Shown: piece by piece, positions 40,563-49,916 of the stretch
Numbering within the stretch: the first letter of the stretch is position 1
Layout: every line of letters begins with the position of its first letter
NCBI GenBank assembly: GCA_903859155.1
Contig: CAIOLO010000116.1
Location: forward strand, 124 to 64,123
Direction: 5' to 3'
DNA length: 64,000 nucleotides
Source: an uncultured beta proteobacterium
GTDB taxonomy: Bacteria; Pseudomonadota; Gammaproteobacteria; Burkholderiales; SG8-39
The notes under the pieces: generated by a model
Database searches by the model: none
What the model was told of the DNA's origin: nothing
The model's input: the letters and a program-made list of their open reading frames with translations, nothing else
Position numbers and translations under genes: made by a program

Positions 40563-41828
40563 ATGCCGCCGACAACCCTGAGCGAATGGCTCGACTACGT
40601 CGAGCGCCTGCATGCGAAACCCATAGACATGGGTCTCGAGCGGGTGTCAAGGGTCAGGGACAAGCTGGGCCTGAAATTCGCCGGCCCGGTAATCACGGTG
40701 GGGGGGACCAACGGCAAGGGGTCCACCTGCGCCATGCTCGAGGCCATTCTTCAGGCGGCGGGCTACCGCGTGGGTTTGTATGCCTCGCCGCATCTGCTTC
40801 ACTACAACGAACGCGTCCGGATTGATGGCGTGCCGGTGGCCGATGAACGCCTTGCTACGGCTTTCGCGCGCGCAAACGAGGTGCGTGAGGACATCTCCCT
40901 CACTTATTTCGAATTCGGCACTCTGGCAGCCTGGGAAGTTTTCGCATCTGCGGCGCTTGACGTGCTGGTGCTGGAGGTCGGGCTCGGGGGGCGACTGGAC
41001 GCGGTGAACGCGTTCGACGCCGATTGTGCGGTGGTGACCAGCGTCGGCATTGATCATGTCGATTATCTGGGACCGACGCGCGCGGGTATTGCTTTCGAGA
41101 AGGCCGGGATCTTCCGCGCCGGGCGCGCCGCGATCTGCGGTGATCCGCAGCCCCCGGAGACCCTGCTCGCGCATGCGGCGGCAATCGGTGCGGATCTGCA
41201 GATATTGGGCCGCGACTTCGGTTTCGATGGCGGACGGCAGCAATGGCGTTATTGGGGGCGTCGCGGTGAGCGCGCCGGACTGGCGCCGCCCGCCCTGCGC
41301 GGCGCGCGCCAGCTTGCCAATGCCTCGGCCGCACTCGCCGCCCTGGATGCGCTTCAGCAGCGCATTCCAGTGTCCATGCAGGCGGTGCGCGAGGGTTTGT
41401 CGCGGGTAGAGCTGCCGGGCCGCTTCCAGGTGATGCCGGGATCGCCGTCGGTGGTGCTCGATGTCGCGCACAATCCCCAGGCCGCGGAGGTGCTTGCGCA
41501 AAACCTCGTCGACCAGGGTTTTTTTGCAAACACCCGCGCGGTGATAGGAATGCTCGCCGACAAGGACATGAAAGGCGTGTGCGCAGCGTTGCGGGGCCGC
41601 ATAGACGAATGGCATGCAGCGGGTCTGACTGGCGCGCGCGCCGCAAGCGCAGCGCAGCTTGCCGCTGCCATCGCGGAGTCGGGCGCGGGCGGGAAGGTTT
41701 TTCAGCACGCCTCGCCGCGCGCCGCATACGCTGCGGCGAGGGAGCGCAGCAGTGAAAATGATAGAATCGTGGTGTTCGGATCGTTCCTGACGGTGGCCGA
41801 TATTCTCTCCGTCGGGGTGCGAAATTGA
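40563..41828 (+). CDS. folC: Folylpolyglutamate synthase/dihydrofolate synthase
   Basis: GTNGKGST, EVGLGGRLDA, DVAHNP. Confidence 0.96.
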   Translation: MPPTTLSEWLDYVERLHAKPIDMGLERVSRVRDKLGLKFAGPVITVGGTNGKGSTCAMLEAILQAAGYRVGLYASPHLLHYNERVRIDGVPVADERLATAFARANEVREDISLTYFEFGTLAAWEVFASAALDVLVLEVGLGGRLDAVNAFDADCAVVTSVGIDHVDYLGPTRAGIAFEKAGIFRAGRAAICGDPQPPETLLAHAAAIGADLQILGRDFGFDGGRQQWRYWGRRGERAGLAPPALRGARQLANASAALAALDALQQRIPVSMQAVREGLSRVELPGRFQVMPGSPSVVLDVAHNPQAAEVLAQNLVDQGFFANTRAVIGMLADKDMKGVCAALRGRIDEWHAAGLTGARAASAAQLAAAIAESGAGGKVFQHASPRAAYAAARERSSENDRIVVFGSFLTVADILSVGVRN

Positions 41829-41927
41829 CGGCTCGCAGGTATGGACGGTTCTGCGCAGGCGTCAGGGGAAATCCACACCACGCGGAACGCGCAAGTATGA
41901 AACGGCGTATAAAACGGCGGGCTCAAA

Positions 41928-42644
41928 TTGGCGGATAGTGACGAGGCACTGTTGTTGCGCCGCCGCGCGAGGCGGCGGCTGGTTGGCGCGATCGCGTTGG
42001 TGGTGTTCGCGGTCATCGTGTTGCCGATTGTCTTCGACAAGGAACCCAAGCCGATCAGCCAGGATATCGTGATCCAGATTCCCAGCCAGAATTCGGGAAA
42101 GTTCAATACCAAGGTGGTCCCCGCCACGCCTGATGCCGCCAAAGGCAATGTCGATGCCGAAACGGCGGCGCTATCGCCGCCCGTGAACAGTGTGCCGGTC
42201 GCGGTCCCGGTCCCGGTCGCGGTCGCGGTCCCGGTCCCGGCGGATGCCCCCAAGGAAGTAACTCCCGCTGCCAAGGTGCAGGAGCCGGCGAAGACCGAGG
42301 CAGCAGGCAAGTCTGCGGACAAGAAAGCCCCGGTGACGGCCAAAGACGGCGCCGCTGCGGAGCGGCAGCAAGCCGATGCCGAAGCCTTGCGCGCGCAAAT
42401 GGCATTGCAGGGCGAGTCCTATGTCGTTCCGCTGGGCGCGTTTCTCAATCAGGCCAATGTAAGAACACTTCAGGCGAAGGTCACCGTGGCGGGCTTCAAG
42501 AGTTACAGTGAAATCCAGAAAGTCGCCAAGGGTGAGCAGATTCGGGTGCGCGCAGGCCCGTTTCCAAGTCGCGAAGCGGCCGAACGTGCCCGCGAGCAGC
42601 TTCAGGCCGCCGGCTTGAACGTCGGCACGGTGGTCAAGCTGTGA
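41928..42644 (+). CDS. dedD: SPOR-domain cell division protein DedD
   Basis: RARRRLVGAI TM, low-complexity linker, SPOR domain (RVRAGPF); position between folC and cvpA. Confidence 0.88.
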   Translation: MADSDEALLLRRRARRRLVGAIALVVFAVIVLPIVFDKEPKPISQDIVIQIPSQNSGKFNTKVVPATPDAAKGNVDAETAALSPPVNSVPVAVPVPVAVAVPVPADAPKEVTPAAKVQEPAKTEAAGKSADKKAPVTAKDGAAAERQQADAEALRAQMALQGESYVVPLGAFLNQANVRTLQAKVTVAGFKSYSEIQKVAKGEQIRVRAGPFPSREAAERAREQLQAAGLNVGTVVKL

Positions 42645-42733
42645 GTTTGCATTGAGCGCTGTCCAGTGACCCACCCTGAAAATTCAATCCGCATATTGAC
42701 GAGAGTGCGCTTTTTTCGGGATCGCGACAGCCG

Positions 42734-43222
42734 ATGACCTGGTTCGATTATGCGGTACTCGCCATTCTGGGCTTTTCGCTGTTGGTGGGCGTAATGCGCG
42801 GGTTGATGCGCGAGCTTGTGATGCTGCTCGGTTGGGTAGCCGCCTTTGTTCTGGCGACCCTGTTCTCCGGACGCCTTACGCCGTTGATGCCGGAGAGCCT
42901 GGGGCCGGTACTCGCACCACCGCTCGCCTACCTGGCGATTTTCGTCGCAGTGCTGCTTGCCGCCGGATTCATTGCCTTGTTGCTGACGCTGCTGGCGAAG
43001 TCGGCGGGGATGGGCGCGCTCAACCGCCTTATGGGTTCCGGATTCGGTCTGGTGCGCGGCTTGCTGGTGGTGATGGCGTTGGTGCTGGTCGGTGGTTTGA
43101 CACCGTTGCCGAAGGAGCCGTTCTGGAAAAATGCGGTAAGCTCGGGAGCGTTCGAGACGGCGGTTGTGGCGATGCGGCCCTTGCTCCCGGATGATCTTGG
43201 CAAGCGGATCAAATATCGCTAG
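42734..43222 (+). CDS. cvpA: Colicin V production protein CvpA
   Basis: GVMRGLMRE, NRLMGSGFGLVRG; upstream of purF. Confidence 0.92.
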   Translation: MTWFDYAVLAILGFSLLVGVMRGLMRELVMLLGWVAAFVLATLFSGRLTPLMPESLGPVLAPPLAYLAIFVAVLLAAGFIALLLTLLAKSAGMGALNRLMGSGFGLVRGLLVVMALVLVGGLTPLPKEPFWKNAVSSGAFETAVVAMRPLLPDDLGKRIKYR

Positions 43223-43381
43223 CAGCGGTTTGAAGGCTTGCGTCATGTATTTTGCTGCGTTGCATCCCCGGACAACGCGAAGGAAAACCGGCTCAGGTCC
43301 TGCTGCATTCGTGTTGTGTGAAATGGTCGGCGGTTTGGGGTAATTCAGAGGTTCTTCAGGCAACGTCGGAAGGAAACGGCT

Positions 43382-44899
43382 ATGTGCGGTATTTTGGGCG
43401 TGGTCGCCACCAGCGCGGTCAATCAGCTGCTGTATGACGGACTGCTGCTGCTGCAGCATCGCGGCCAGGATGCCTCGGGTATCGTCACCTCGTCGCGGAA
43501 CGCCTTCCACATGCACAAGGGGCCGGGGCTGGTGCGCGACGTTTTTCGCACGCGCGACATGCGCTCACTGCCGGGCGACATGGGCATCGCCCATTGCCGT
43601 TATCCCACGGCTGGTTCGGCGTTCAGCGCCGATGAGGCGCAGCCGTTTTATGTCAATTCGCCGTTTGGAATCGTCCTCGCGCACAACGGCAACCTGACCA
43701 ACTCCGAGGCGCTCAAGGAGGACATGTTCCGCCAGGACCTGCGCCATATCAATACCAATTCGGATTCCGAGGTGCTGCTGAACGTGCTGGCACATGAACT
43801 CGAACTGGCCGCCAAGGGCCAGAGGCTGGACGCTGAAACCATTTTTCAGGCGGTGAGTAACGTGCACCGCCGCTGCAAGGGGGCCTACGCCGTCGTTGCC
43901 ATGATCTCCGGATACGGGCTGCTTGCGTTTCGAGACCCCTACGGTATCCGTCCGCTGATTTTCGGCAGGTCCGACTCGCCGCAAGGCACCGAATACCTGG
44001 TCGCCTCGGAGGGCGTCACGCTGGCGGCGCTGGGATTTCAGCCGGTGCGCGATGTGGCGCCCGGCGAGGCCGTGTTTGTCGACGAGCGCGGTGGGTTTCA
44101 CAGCCGGCAGTGCGCGCCGAACACGATGTTGTCGCCGTGCATATTCGAGTACGTGTATCTGGCGCGGCCGGATTCGGTCATCGATGGCGCATCGGTGTAC
44201 GAGACGCGGTTGAACATGGGGCGGCATCTTGCCGACAAGGTGCGCAGGGAACTCGCCGGCGTCAGGCTCGACGTGGTGATTCCGGTCCCCGATACCAGCC
44301 GGCCGAGCGCCCTGGAAATGTCCAACGCCCTGGGCGTTCCCTATCGAGAGGGGTTCGTGCGCAATCGTTACATCGGCCGCACCTTCATCATGCCCGGACA
44401 GGCGATACGCCGCAAATCGGTGCGCCAGAAGCTCAACGTCATGGGCATGGAGTTCAAGGGGAAAAACGTGCTGATCGTGGACGATTCCATCGTGCGCGGC
44501 ACCACCAGCCGCGAGATCGTGCAGATGGCGCGTGAAGCTGGCGCAGGACAGGTGTACCTGGCCTCGTGCGCGCCGCCGATCCGCTTCCCCAACGTCTACG
44601 GCATCGACATGCCCACCCGCGAGGAGTTCATCGCCAGCGACCGAAGCGCCGAGGATATCGCCCGGGAAATCGGGGCCGATGCGGTGATCTATCAAGACCT
44701 GGATGCGCTTATCGCTTCGGTGCGCGAGGCCAATCCCGCATTGGAGCGTTTCGACACCTCGTGCTTCAACGGCGAGTACATCACCGGTGATGTGACCGGC
44801 GAATACCTCGCCCTGGTTGAGCGCAATCGCGACGCCAGCCGCCAGCAGACCGAGGAGGAGTCCGACGAGGCCAACCAGCTGGACCTGAATGCGGCGTGA
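43382..44899 (+). CDS. purF: Amidophosphoribosyltransferase
   Basis: MCGI N-terminal Cys, QHRGQD, VDDSIVRGTT, YGIDMP. Confidence 0.98.
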   Translation: MCGILGVVATSAVNQLLYDGLLLLQHRGQDASGIVTSSRNAFHMHKGPGLVRDVFRTRDMRSLPGDMGIAHCRYPTAGSAFSADEAQPFYVNSPFGIVLAHNGNLTNSEALKEDMFRQDLRHINTNSDSEVLLNVLAHELELAAKGQRLDAETIFQAVSNVHRRCKGAYAVVAMISGYGLLAFRDPYGIRPLIFGRSDSPQGTEYLVASEGVTLAALGFQPVRDVAPGEAVFVDERGGFHSRQCAPNTMLSPCIFEYVYLARPDSVIDGASVYETRLNMGRHLADKVRRELAGVRLDVVIPVPDTSRPSALEMSNALGVPYREGFVRNRYIGRTFIMPGQAIRRKSVRQKLNVMGMEFKGKNVLIVDDSIVRGTTSREIVQMAREAGAGQVYLASCAPPIRFPNVYGIDMPTREEFIASDRSAEDIAREIGADAVIYQDLDALIASVREANPALERFDTSCFNGEYITGDVTGEYLALVERNRDASRQQTEEESDEANQLDLNAA

Positions 44900-44950
44900 G
44901 TCGCCCTGCGGCAGGCTTTTTGGCCGCGCGGTTGTAGAAAGGAAAAAATA

Positions 44951-46120
44951 GTGGATGATCAGTACGACCTCGATACCCTTGCAGTGCGCGCCGGGACCAC
45001 TCGCAGCCAGTTTGGCGAGCATTCCGAGGCGCTGTACCTGACTTCGAGCTACGTTTTCGAGAACGCCGCGCAGGCGGCGGCGCGCTTCTCCGGGGCGCAG
45101 GCCGGAAACGTCTATTCGCGCTTCACCAATCCGACCGTGGCCATGTTCCAGGACCGCCTCGCGGCTCTGGAAGGCGCCGAAAGCTGCGTGGCCACGGCTT
45201 CGGGCATGTCTGCGATTCTCGCCGCGGCGATGACCCTGCTCAAGTCGGGCGACCACGTGCTCTGCTCTTCCAGCGTGTTCGGCGCGACCACGCAGCTGTT
45301 TACCAATATTCTGGGCAAGTTCGGCGTGCAGACCGATTACGTTGACAAGCCCGAGGCCGCCGCGTGGCAGGCTGCCGTGCGACCCAGCACGCGCCTGTTG
45401 TTCATCGAAACGCCCTCCAATCCGCTGACCGAAGTGTTCGACATCGCCGCGCTGGCGGCAGTGGCGAAAAAAGCCGGCGCCATGCTGGCCGTGGACAACT
45501 GCTTTTGCAGCCCGGCATTGCAAAAGCCGATCCAGTTGGGCGCGGACATTGTCATCCACTCGGCGACCAAGTATCTGGACGGCCATGGCAGGGTGCTGGG
45601 CGGCGCGGTACTGGGCCGCAAGGAATTCATGGACGGCGTGACCGGGTTCCTGCGCACTGCCGGCCCGACGCTGTCGGCGTTCAATGCCTGGGTGATCCTG
45701 CGCGGGCTCGATACGCTGCGCATCCGCATGGACGCCCAGTCGGCGAGCGCGTTGGCGCTCGCACAGTGGCTGGAATCGCATCCTCGCGTGGAAAGGGTGT
45801 TTTACCCCGGCCTTGCCTCGCATCCGCAGCATGCGCTGGCCATGCGCCAGCAGCGCTCCGGCGGCGCGATCGTATCTTTCGAGGTCAAAGGCGGGCGCGA
45901 AGCCGCATGGCGGGTGATCGACGCCACGCGCATGATTTCCATCACCGCGAATCTCGGCGATACCAAGAGCACCATCACGCACCCGGGAACCACCACGCAC
46001 GGCCGCATTTCGGAGGAAGCGCGCGCGCGCGCCGGCATCAAACAGGACCTGCTGCGGGTAGCGGTAGGGCTGGAGGCCAATGCCGACATCCAGGCGGACC
46101 TGGCGCGCGGGCTGGCCTGA
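44951..46120 (+). CDS. metZ: O-succinylhomoserine sulfhydrylase
   Basis: [37 protein letters not shown]; after purF. Confidence 0.95.
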   Translation: MDDQYDLDTLAVRAGTTRSQFGEHSEALYLTSSYVFENAAQAAARFSGAQAGNVYSRFTNPTVAMFQDRLAALEGAESCVATASGMSAILAAAMTLLKSGDHVLCSSSVFGATTQLFTNILGKFGVQTDYVDKPEAAAWQAAVRPSTRLLFIETPSNPLTEVFDIAALAAVAKKAGAMLAVDNCFCSPALQKPIQLGADIVIHSATKYLDGHGRVLGGAVLGRKEFMDGVTGFLRTAGPTLSAFNAWVILRGLDTLRIRMDAQSASALALAQWLESHPRVERVFYPGLASHPQHALAMRQQRSGGAIVSFEVKGGREAAWRVIDATRMISITANLGDTKSTITHPGTTTHGRISEEARARAGIKQDLLRVAVGLEANADIQADLARGLA

Positions 46121-46146
46121 AAGCGTTTTTTCGAATGGTTTTTTCG
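45919..46146 (+). repeat. Direct repeat copy 1 (metZ 3' end plus 26 nt)
   Basis: Matches 47279-47506 (offset 1360 bp). Confidence 0.95.
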
Positions 46147-46670
46147 TTGTAATTGGTAAAATATGTTTGTTTGAAGCAAGCAACAGCAGGAGGTTTAAGG
46201 CCATTCCAATCTCTTTACTGGTATGTTATTGAGGATTGGTTTTCGTTTTAGACCGGCTCCGGTTTTCATCTATAAGTCAGTTCAAGTGGCGAAGTCCCGA
46301 TGCGGACACCCGCGCCACTGGTGCAGCAATAACTCTCCCGGCATTGCATTAGCGGGCATGGTTACGAGGGAATCGCTTTTGTCTGAGTGGCGGTTTTCGA
46401 GCCACTCCAGGCGCCCGGCCTGGGGTTGTCGGGTGGCCGCTTTCGCCGGAAACGGCGATTTGGCTTTTTCTCAGAATCCTGGCGACTGACACTGCCTGCT
46501 TGTCCCGCCCTTCAAAGGCCAAAGCAGGGCGTAGCACTTGTGCGCGGGGCAGGGTCTCGACTTCCACGGCAGCTGGTTTTGCCCCTTTTCCTTAAACATT
46601 CTTAACTGTCAAACCACCAGCATCCGGCTAAGCTCATGTGGTCATTAACGTAGTGCTCACGGAGACACAC

Positions 46671-46856
46671 ATGAGAACGCTGCTCGAGCCATTGCACCCG
46701 GGCTTCGATCCAGGGCGAGCCTGTACGGAGGAATGGGAACCGAAGGACTATTACAACCGAAAAAGCCTGCATGACAGCGAAGCCGTCGCACCATTGTGTT
46801 TGCTCGCGTGCGTCTTGATCACATTGGGCGTCACCATCCTTGATTTGATCAAGTAA
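46671..46856 (+). CDS. Small protein with C-terminal TM helix (61 aa)
   Basis: GGAG RBS 6 nt before ATG; C-terminus APLCLLACVLITLGVTILDLIK. Confidence 0.55.
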   Translation: MRTLLEPLHPGFDPGRACTEEWEPKDYYNRKSLHDSEAVAPLCLLACVLITLGVTILDLIK

Positions 46857-46988
46857 CCTGATCAATTGGTGCAATCGCTTCCGCACCTGGCCGAACCGAG
46901 CACCACAAGGAGGCTGCCCGGTTCAGCGTAGCCGGCTTTCAATCGTAGAGTGAGTAGCGCAGCGTTTGGCGGGACTACTGAAGCAATT

Positions 46989-47480
46989 ATGACAAGACTG
47001 GAACTGATCACGCGGCTCGCGGATCACAACCCGCAACTGGACGCCAAGGATGCCGAGTCCGCGGTGAAGATGATTCTCGACGCGATGGCGCAGGCATTGC
47101 TGAATGGAGATCGAATCGAGATCCGCGGCTTTGGCAGCTTTGATCTGAGTTACAGGCGATCGCGAACAGGGCGCAACCCAAAGTCGGGGGAGAAGGTGCA
47201 TGTGCCGCAGAAATACGTGCCACATTTCAAGGCGGGCAAGGAACTGCGGCAACGCGTTCTCGCCGCGGTCGCGGTTGCCGACGCCACGCGCATGATTTCC
47301 ATCACCGCGAATCTCGGCGATACCAAGAGCACCATCACCCACCCGGGAACCACCACGCACGGCCGCATTTCGGAGGAAGCGCGCGCGCGCGCCGGCATCA
47401 AGCAGGACCTGCTGCGGGTCGCGGTGGGGCTGGAAGCCAATGCCGATATTCAAGCCGACCTGGCGCGGGGGCTGGCCTGA
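46989..47480 (+). CDS. ihfB: Integration host factor beta-like protein fused in frame to the MetZ C-terminal 66 aa
   Basis: [32 protein letters not shown], then [14 protein letters not shown]...LARGLA, identical to the MetZ end. Confidence 0.85.
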   Translation: MTRLELITRLADHNPQLDAKDAESAVKMILDAMAQALLNGDRIEIRGFGSFDLSYRRSRTGRNPKSGEKVHVPQKYVPHFKAGKELRQRVLAAVAVADATRMISITANLGDTKSTITHPGTTTHGRISEEARARAGIKQDLLRVAVGLEANADIQADLARGLA

Positions 47481-47506
47481 AAGCATTATTTGGAATGGTT
47501 ATTTCG
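47279..47506 (+). repeat. Direct repeat copy 2 (metZ 3' end plus 26 nt)
   Basis: 10 synonymous differences from copy 1 in the coding part; 22/26 identity after the stop. Confidence 0.95.
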
Positions 47507-48023
47507 CCATAAAGAGTGGGTTCCACGCCGGTGTGAGATGCTCTTTTGATCAGAAGATTTCCTTTCTGCAGGCCAGCATGTGCTTCGTTGAGCCGGTGGT
47601 GGGCGCTGAACGAATAGATCATCTGCCCGAATTATTTGGCGAAGACCACTCTTGACCTCAACCGTCATCGCTCTCAGCAAATCTTAACAGACGCAGGATG
47701 AGAACGATGCGAAAGTGAGCGCGTCAACTCACCAATCCGGTTTCAACTTTGAGCTTCATGTCGATGATTGGGAAGGTGTTCAAATAGGTACGCGTTACCC
47801 GACGATATTCCTCTTGCGAGCTGCCGCACCGTGCCCGGTGGCCGGATTTCGCGGATGAGGACCGCTCGCGAGCGGATCGCCACGGCGTTTGCTGCACCGG
47901 GTATGGTGACGGCATTTGTTCAAATTGTATCGACGAAGTCGTCGATAGACGGACATTCCCGGCTAATATATATACAAAACCGATATATTTAACAGGTGTT
48001 TTTTGCACTGCTCCAATGCGTGC

Positions 48024-48752
48024 TCATGCGCTCGGCCAGGCAACGGCTCGGATGCCATTGGGGTCGACGAGCAGATAGCTGCCGCTGTCGTACCAGTCTG
48101 CCAATACCCAGCGTTCGCAGTGCCTGTCATCCACCGTGAGTTCATGTCGCGCCGGTCGGTGTGTGTGGCCATGGATCAGCCGCGAGCAGCCATAGCGGTG
48201 AAACAGATCGGCCACCGCCAATTCATTGACATCCATTATCGCCAGGGGCTTGACGCGTTTTTCGGCTTCGCTGCGCGCACGCAAGGTTTCGATCTCGCGC
48301 TTGCGCTCGCTAAGGGGGCGCGCCAGGAAGGCGGCGCTCCAATCCGCCGATCGCACCCTGGCGCGAAATTCCTGATAGGCGGCATCGTCGGTGCACAGGG
48401 CATCGCCGTGGCTCAGTATCACGCCCCCATCGGGGAGATCAACCTGAATGGGGTCGTCGAGCAGCTGCAAGCTGCAAGCGGCGGCGAATTCTTTGCCCAC
48501 CAGGAAATCCCGATTTCCGCGCACGAACGACACACGCGTGCCGCCGCTGGCGCAGGCGGCGAGTGCCTTGGCGATGCCATGGTTGAACGGGTCGGCCAGG
48601 TCGTCATCGCCGGGCCAGTATTCGAACAAGTCGCCCAGGATGTAGAGCGCTTCCGCCTGCCGTGCCGGACCGAGGAGAAAATCCAGGAAAAGGCGGAGGA
48701 TTTCCGGTCTTCCGGGCGACAGATGCAGGTCCGAGATGAAAAGCTGCGCCAC
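48024..48752 (-). CDS. lpxH: UDP-2,3-diacylglucosamine hydrolase
   Basis: ISDLHL, LGDLFE, GNRDFL, HGD, IHGHTHRP; downstream of ppiB. Confidence 0.95.
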   Translation of the reverse strand: MAQLFISDLHLSPGRPEILRLFLDFLLGPARQAEALYILGDLFEYWPGDDDLADPFNHGIAKALAACASGGTRVSFVRGNRDFLVGKEFAAACSLQLLDDPIQVDLPDGGVILSHGDALCTDDAAYQEFRARVRSADWSAAFLARPLSERKREIETLRARSEAEKRVKPLAIMDVNELAVADLFHRYGCSRLIHGHTHRPARHELTVDDRHCERWVLADWYDSGSYLLVDPNGIRAVAWPSA

Positions 48753-48813
48753 CTGGATTGTCAGGCCTCGGAAATTACGCGCCCCGCGCAGGCATCAGCC
48801 CGGGGGCGCCGCT

Positions 48814-49305
48814 TCAAACGACTTCTGCCCGCTCGATCAGAATATCTTCCAGCGGGACATCGCCGTGAGGCCCTTTTTTGCCGGTCTTCACGGACTTGAT
48901 GCTGTCGACGACGTCCTGCCCCGCGACAACCTGCCCGAACACGCAGTATCCCCATCCCTGCGGGGTAGGCGCGCTGTGGTTGAGAAAATCGTTGTCGCCG
49001 ACGTTGATGAAAAACTGCGCGGTCGCCGAGTGCGGGTCCGAGGTGCGCGCCATGGCCACCGAATATTTGACATTCTTCAGGCCGTTGTCGGCCTCGTTCT
49101 GGATTTCCGCACCGGTGGGCTTTTGTTTCATGCCCGGTTCGAATCCCCCGCCCTGGATCATGAAGCCGTCGATGACGCGGTGGAAAACGGTGTTGTTGAA
49201 ATGCCCGTCGTTGACGTTCTTGAGGAAATTTTCCGCGGTATTGGGCGCCTTCGCGGCATTCAGTTCAATGTCGATGATGCCAAGGCTGGTATGCAGGCGT
49301 ATCAC
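48814..49305 (-). CDS. ppiB: Cyclophilin peptidyl-prolyl isomerase (cytoplasmic)
   Basis: [32 protein letters not shown]. Confidence 0.95.
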   Translation of the reverse strand: MIRLHTSLGIIDIELNAAKAPNTAENFLKNVNDGHFNNTVFHRVIDGFMIQGGGFEPGMKQKPTGAEIQNEADNGLKNVKYSVAMARTSDPHSATAQFFINVGDNDFLNHSAPTPQGWGYCVFGQVVAGQDVVDSIKSVKTGKKGPHGDVPLEDILIERAEVV

Positions 49306-49886
49306 TATTTTTTCTCCTGATTGGTGGTCGCGACAGCGACCGATTCGATGAGGATGGGTTCCACCGGGACGTCGCTGTGCTGCCCTGACCGCCCGGTGCG
49401 CGCCGCGGCAATGGCCATCACGACATCCATGCCCTGGACAACCCTGCCGAACACCGCGTAACCAAAACCCTGGGTGGTCGGTTCGCGATAATTCAGGAAG
49501 TCGTTACCCTTGAGGTTTATGAAGAATTGCGCCGAGGCGGAGTGCGGCGCCGAGGTGCGTGCCATGGCGAGCGTTCCCAGGTCATTCCTCAGGCCGTTTG
49601 CCGCCTCGTTCTCTATCGGCCCGCGGGTACCCTTCTTTTCCTGCATGTCGCGCTCGAAGCCGCCGCCCTGGATCATGAAACTACTGATGACACGGTGAAA
49701 AATGGTGCCGTTGTAGAAGCCGCTTTTTGCGTATTGGAGGAAATTCGCCACCGTCTTCGGTGCCTTGTCCTGATACAGTTCGATCGTGATCAGGCCGCGG
49801 CTGGTCTTCATCTCGACACGGGGGTTTTGCGCGAGCGCGTTGCCGGCCAGGAGCAGCACGGCGAAAAAAAGGGCTGATAACTTCAC
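49305..49886 (-). CDS. ppiA: Cyclophilin peptidyl-prolyl isomerase (periplasmic)
   Basis: Signal peptide plus [15 protein letters not shown]. Confidence 0.9.
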   Translation of the reverse strand: MKLSALFFAVLLLAGNALAQNPRVEMKTSRGLITIELYQDKAPKTVANFLQYAKSGFYNGTIFHRVISSFMIQGGGFERDMQEKKGTRGPIENEAANGLRNDLGTLAMARTSAPHSASAQFFINLKGNDFLNYREPTTQGFGYAVFGRVVQGMDVVMAIAAARTGRSGQHSDVPVEPILIESVAVATTNQEKK

Positions 49887-49916
49887 AGGTTTCTCCGGTT
49901 CTGTTGCGGCCGGCGT

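Noticed and set aside
46513-46585. Resemblance of the islet RNA to c-di-GMP-I or cobalamin riboswitches, or to tmRNA
   Set aside because: Only scattered partial matches; core motifs (GGCAAACC-GAAA-GACGCAAA, AGGGAA plus B12 box, TTCGA T-arm plus CCA) are not intact
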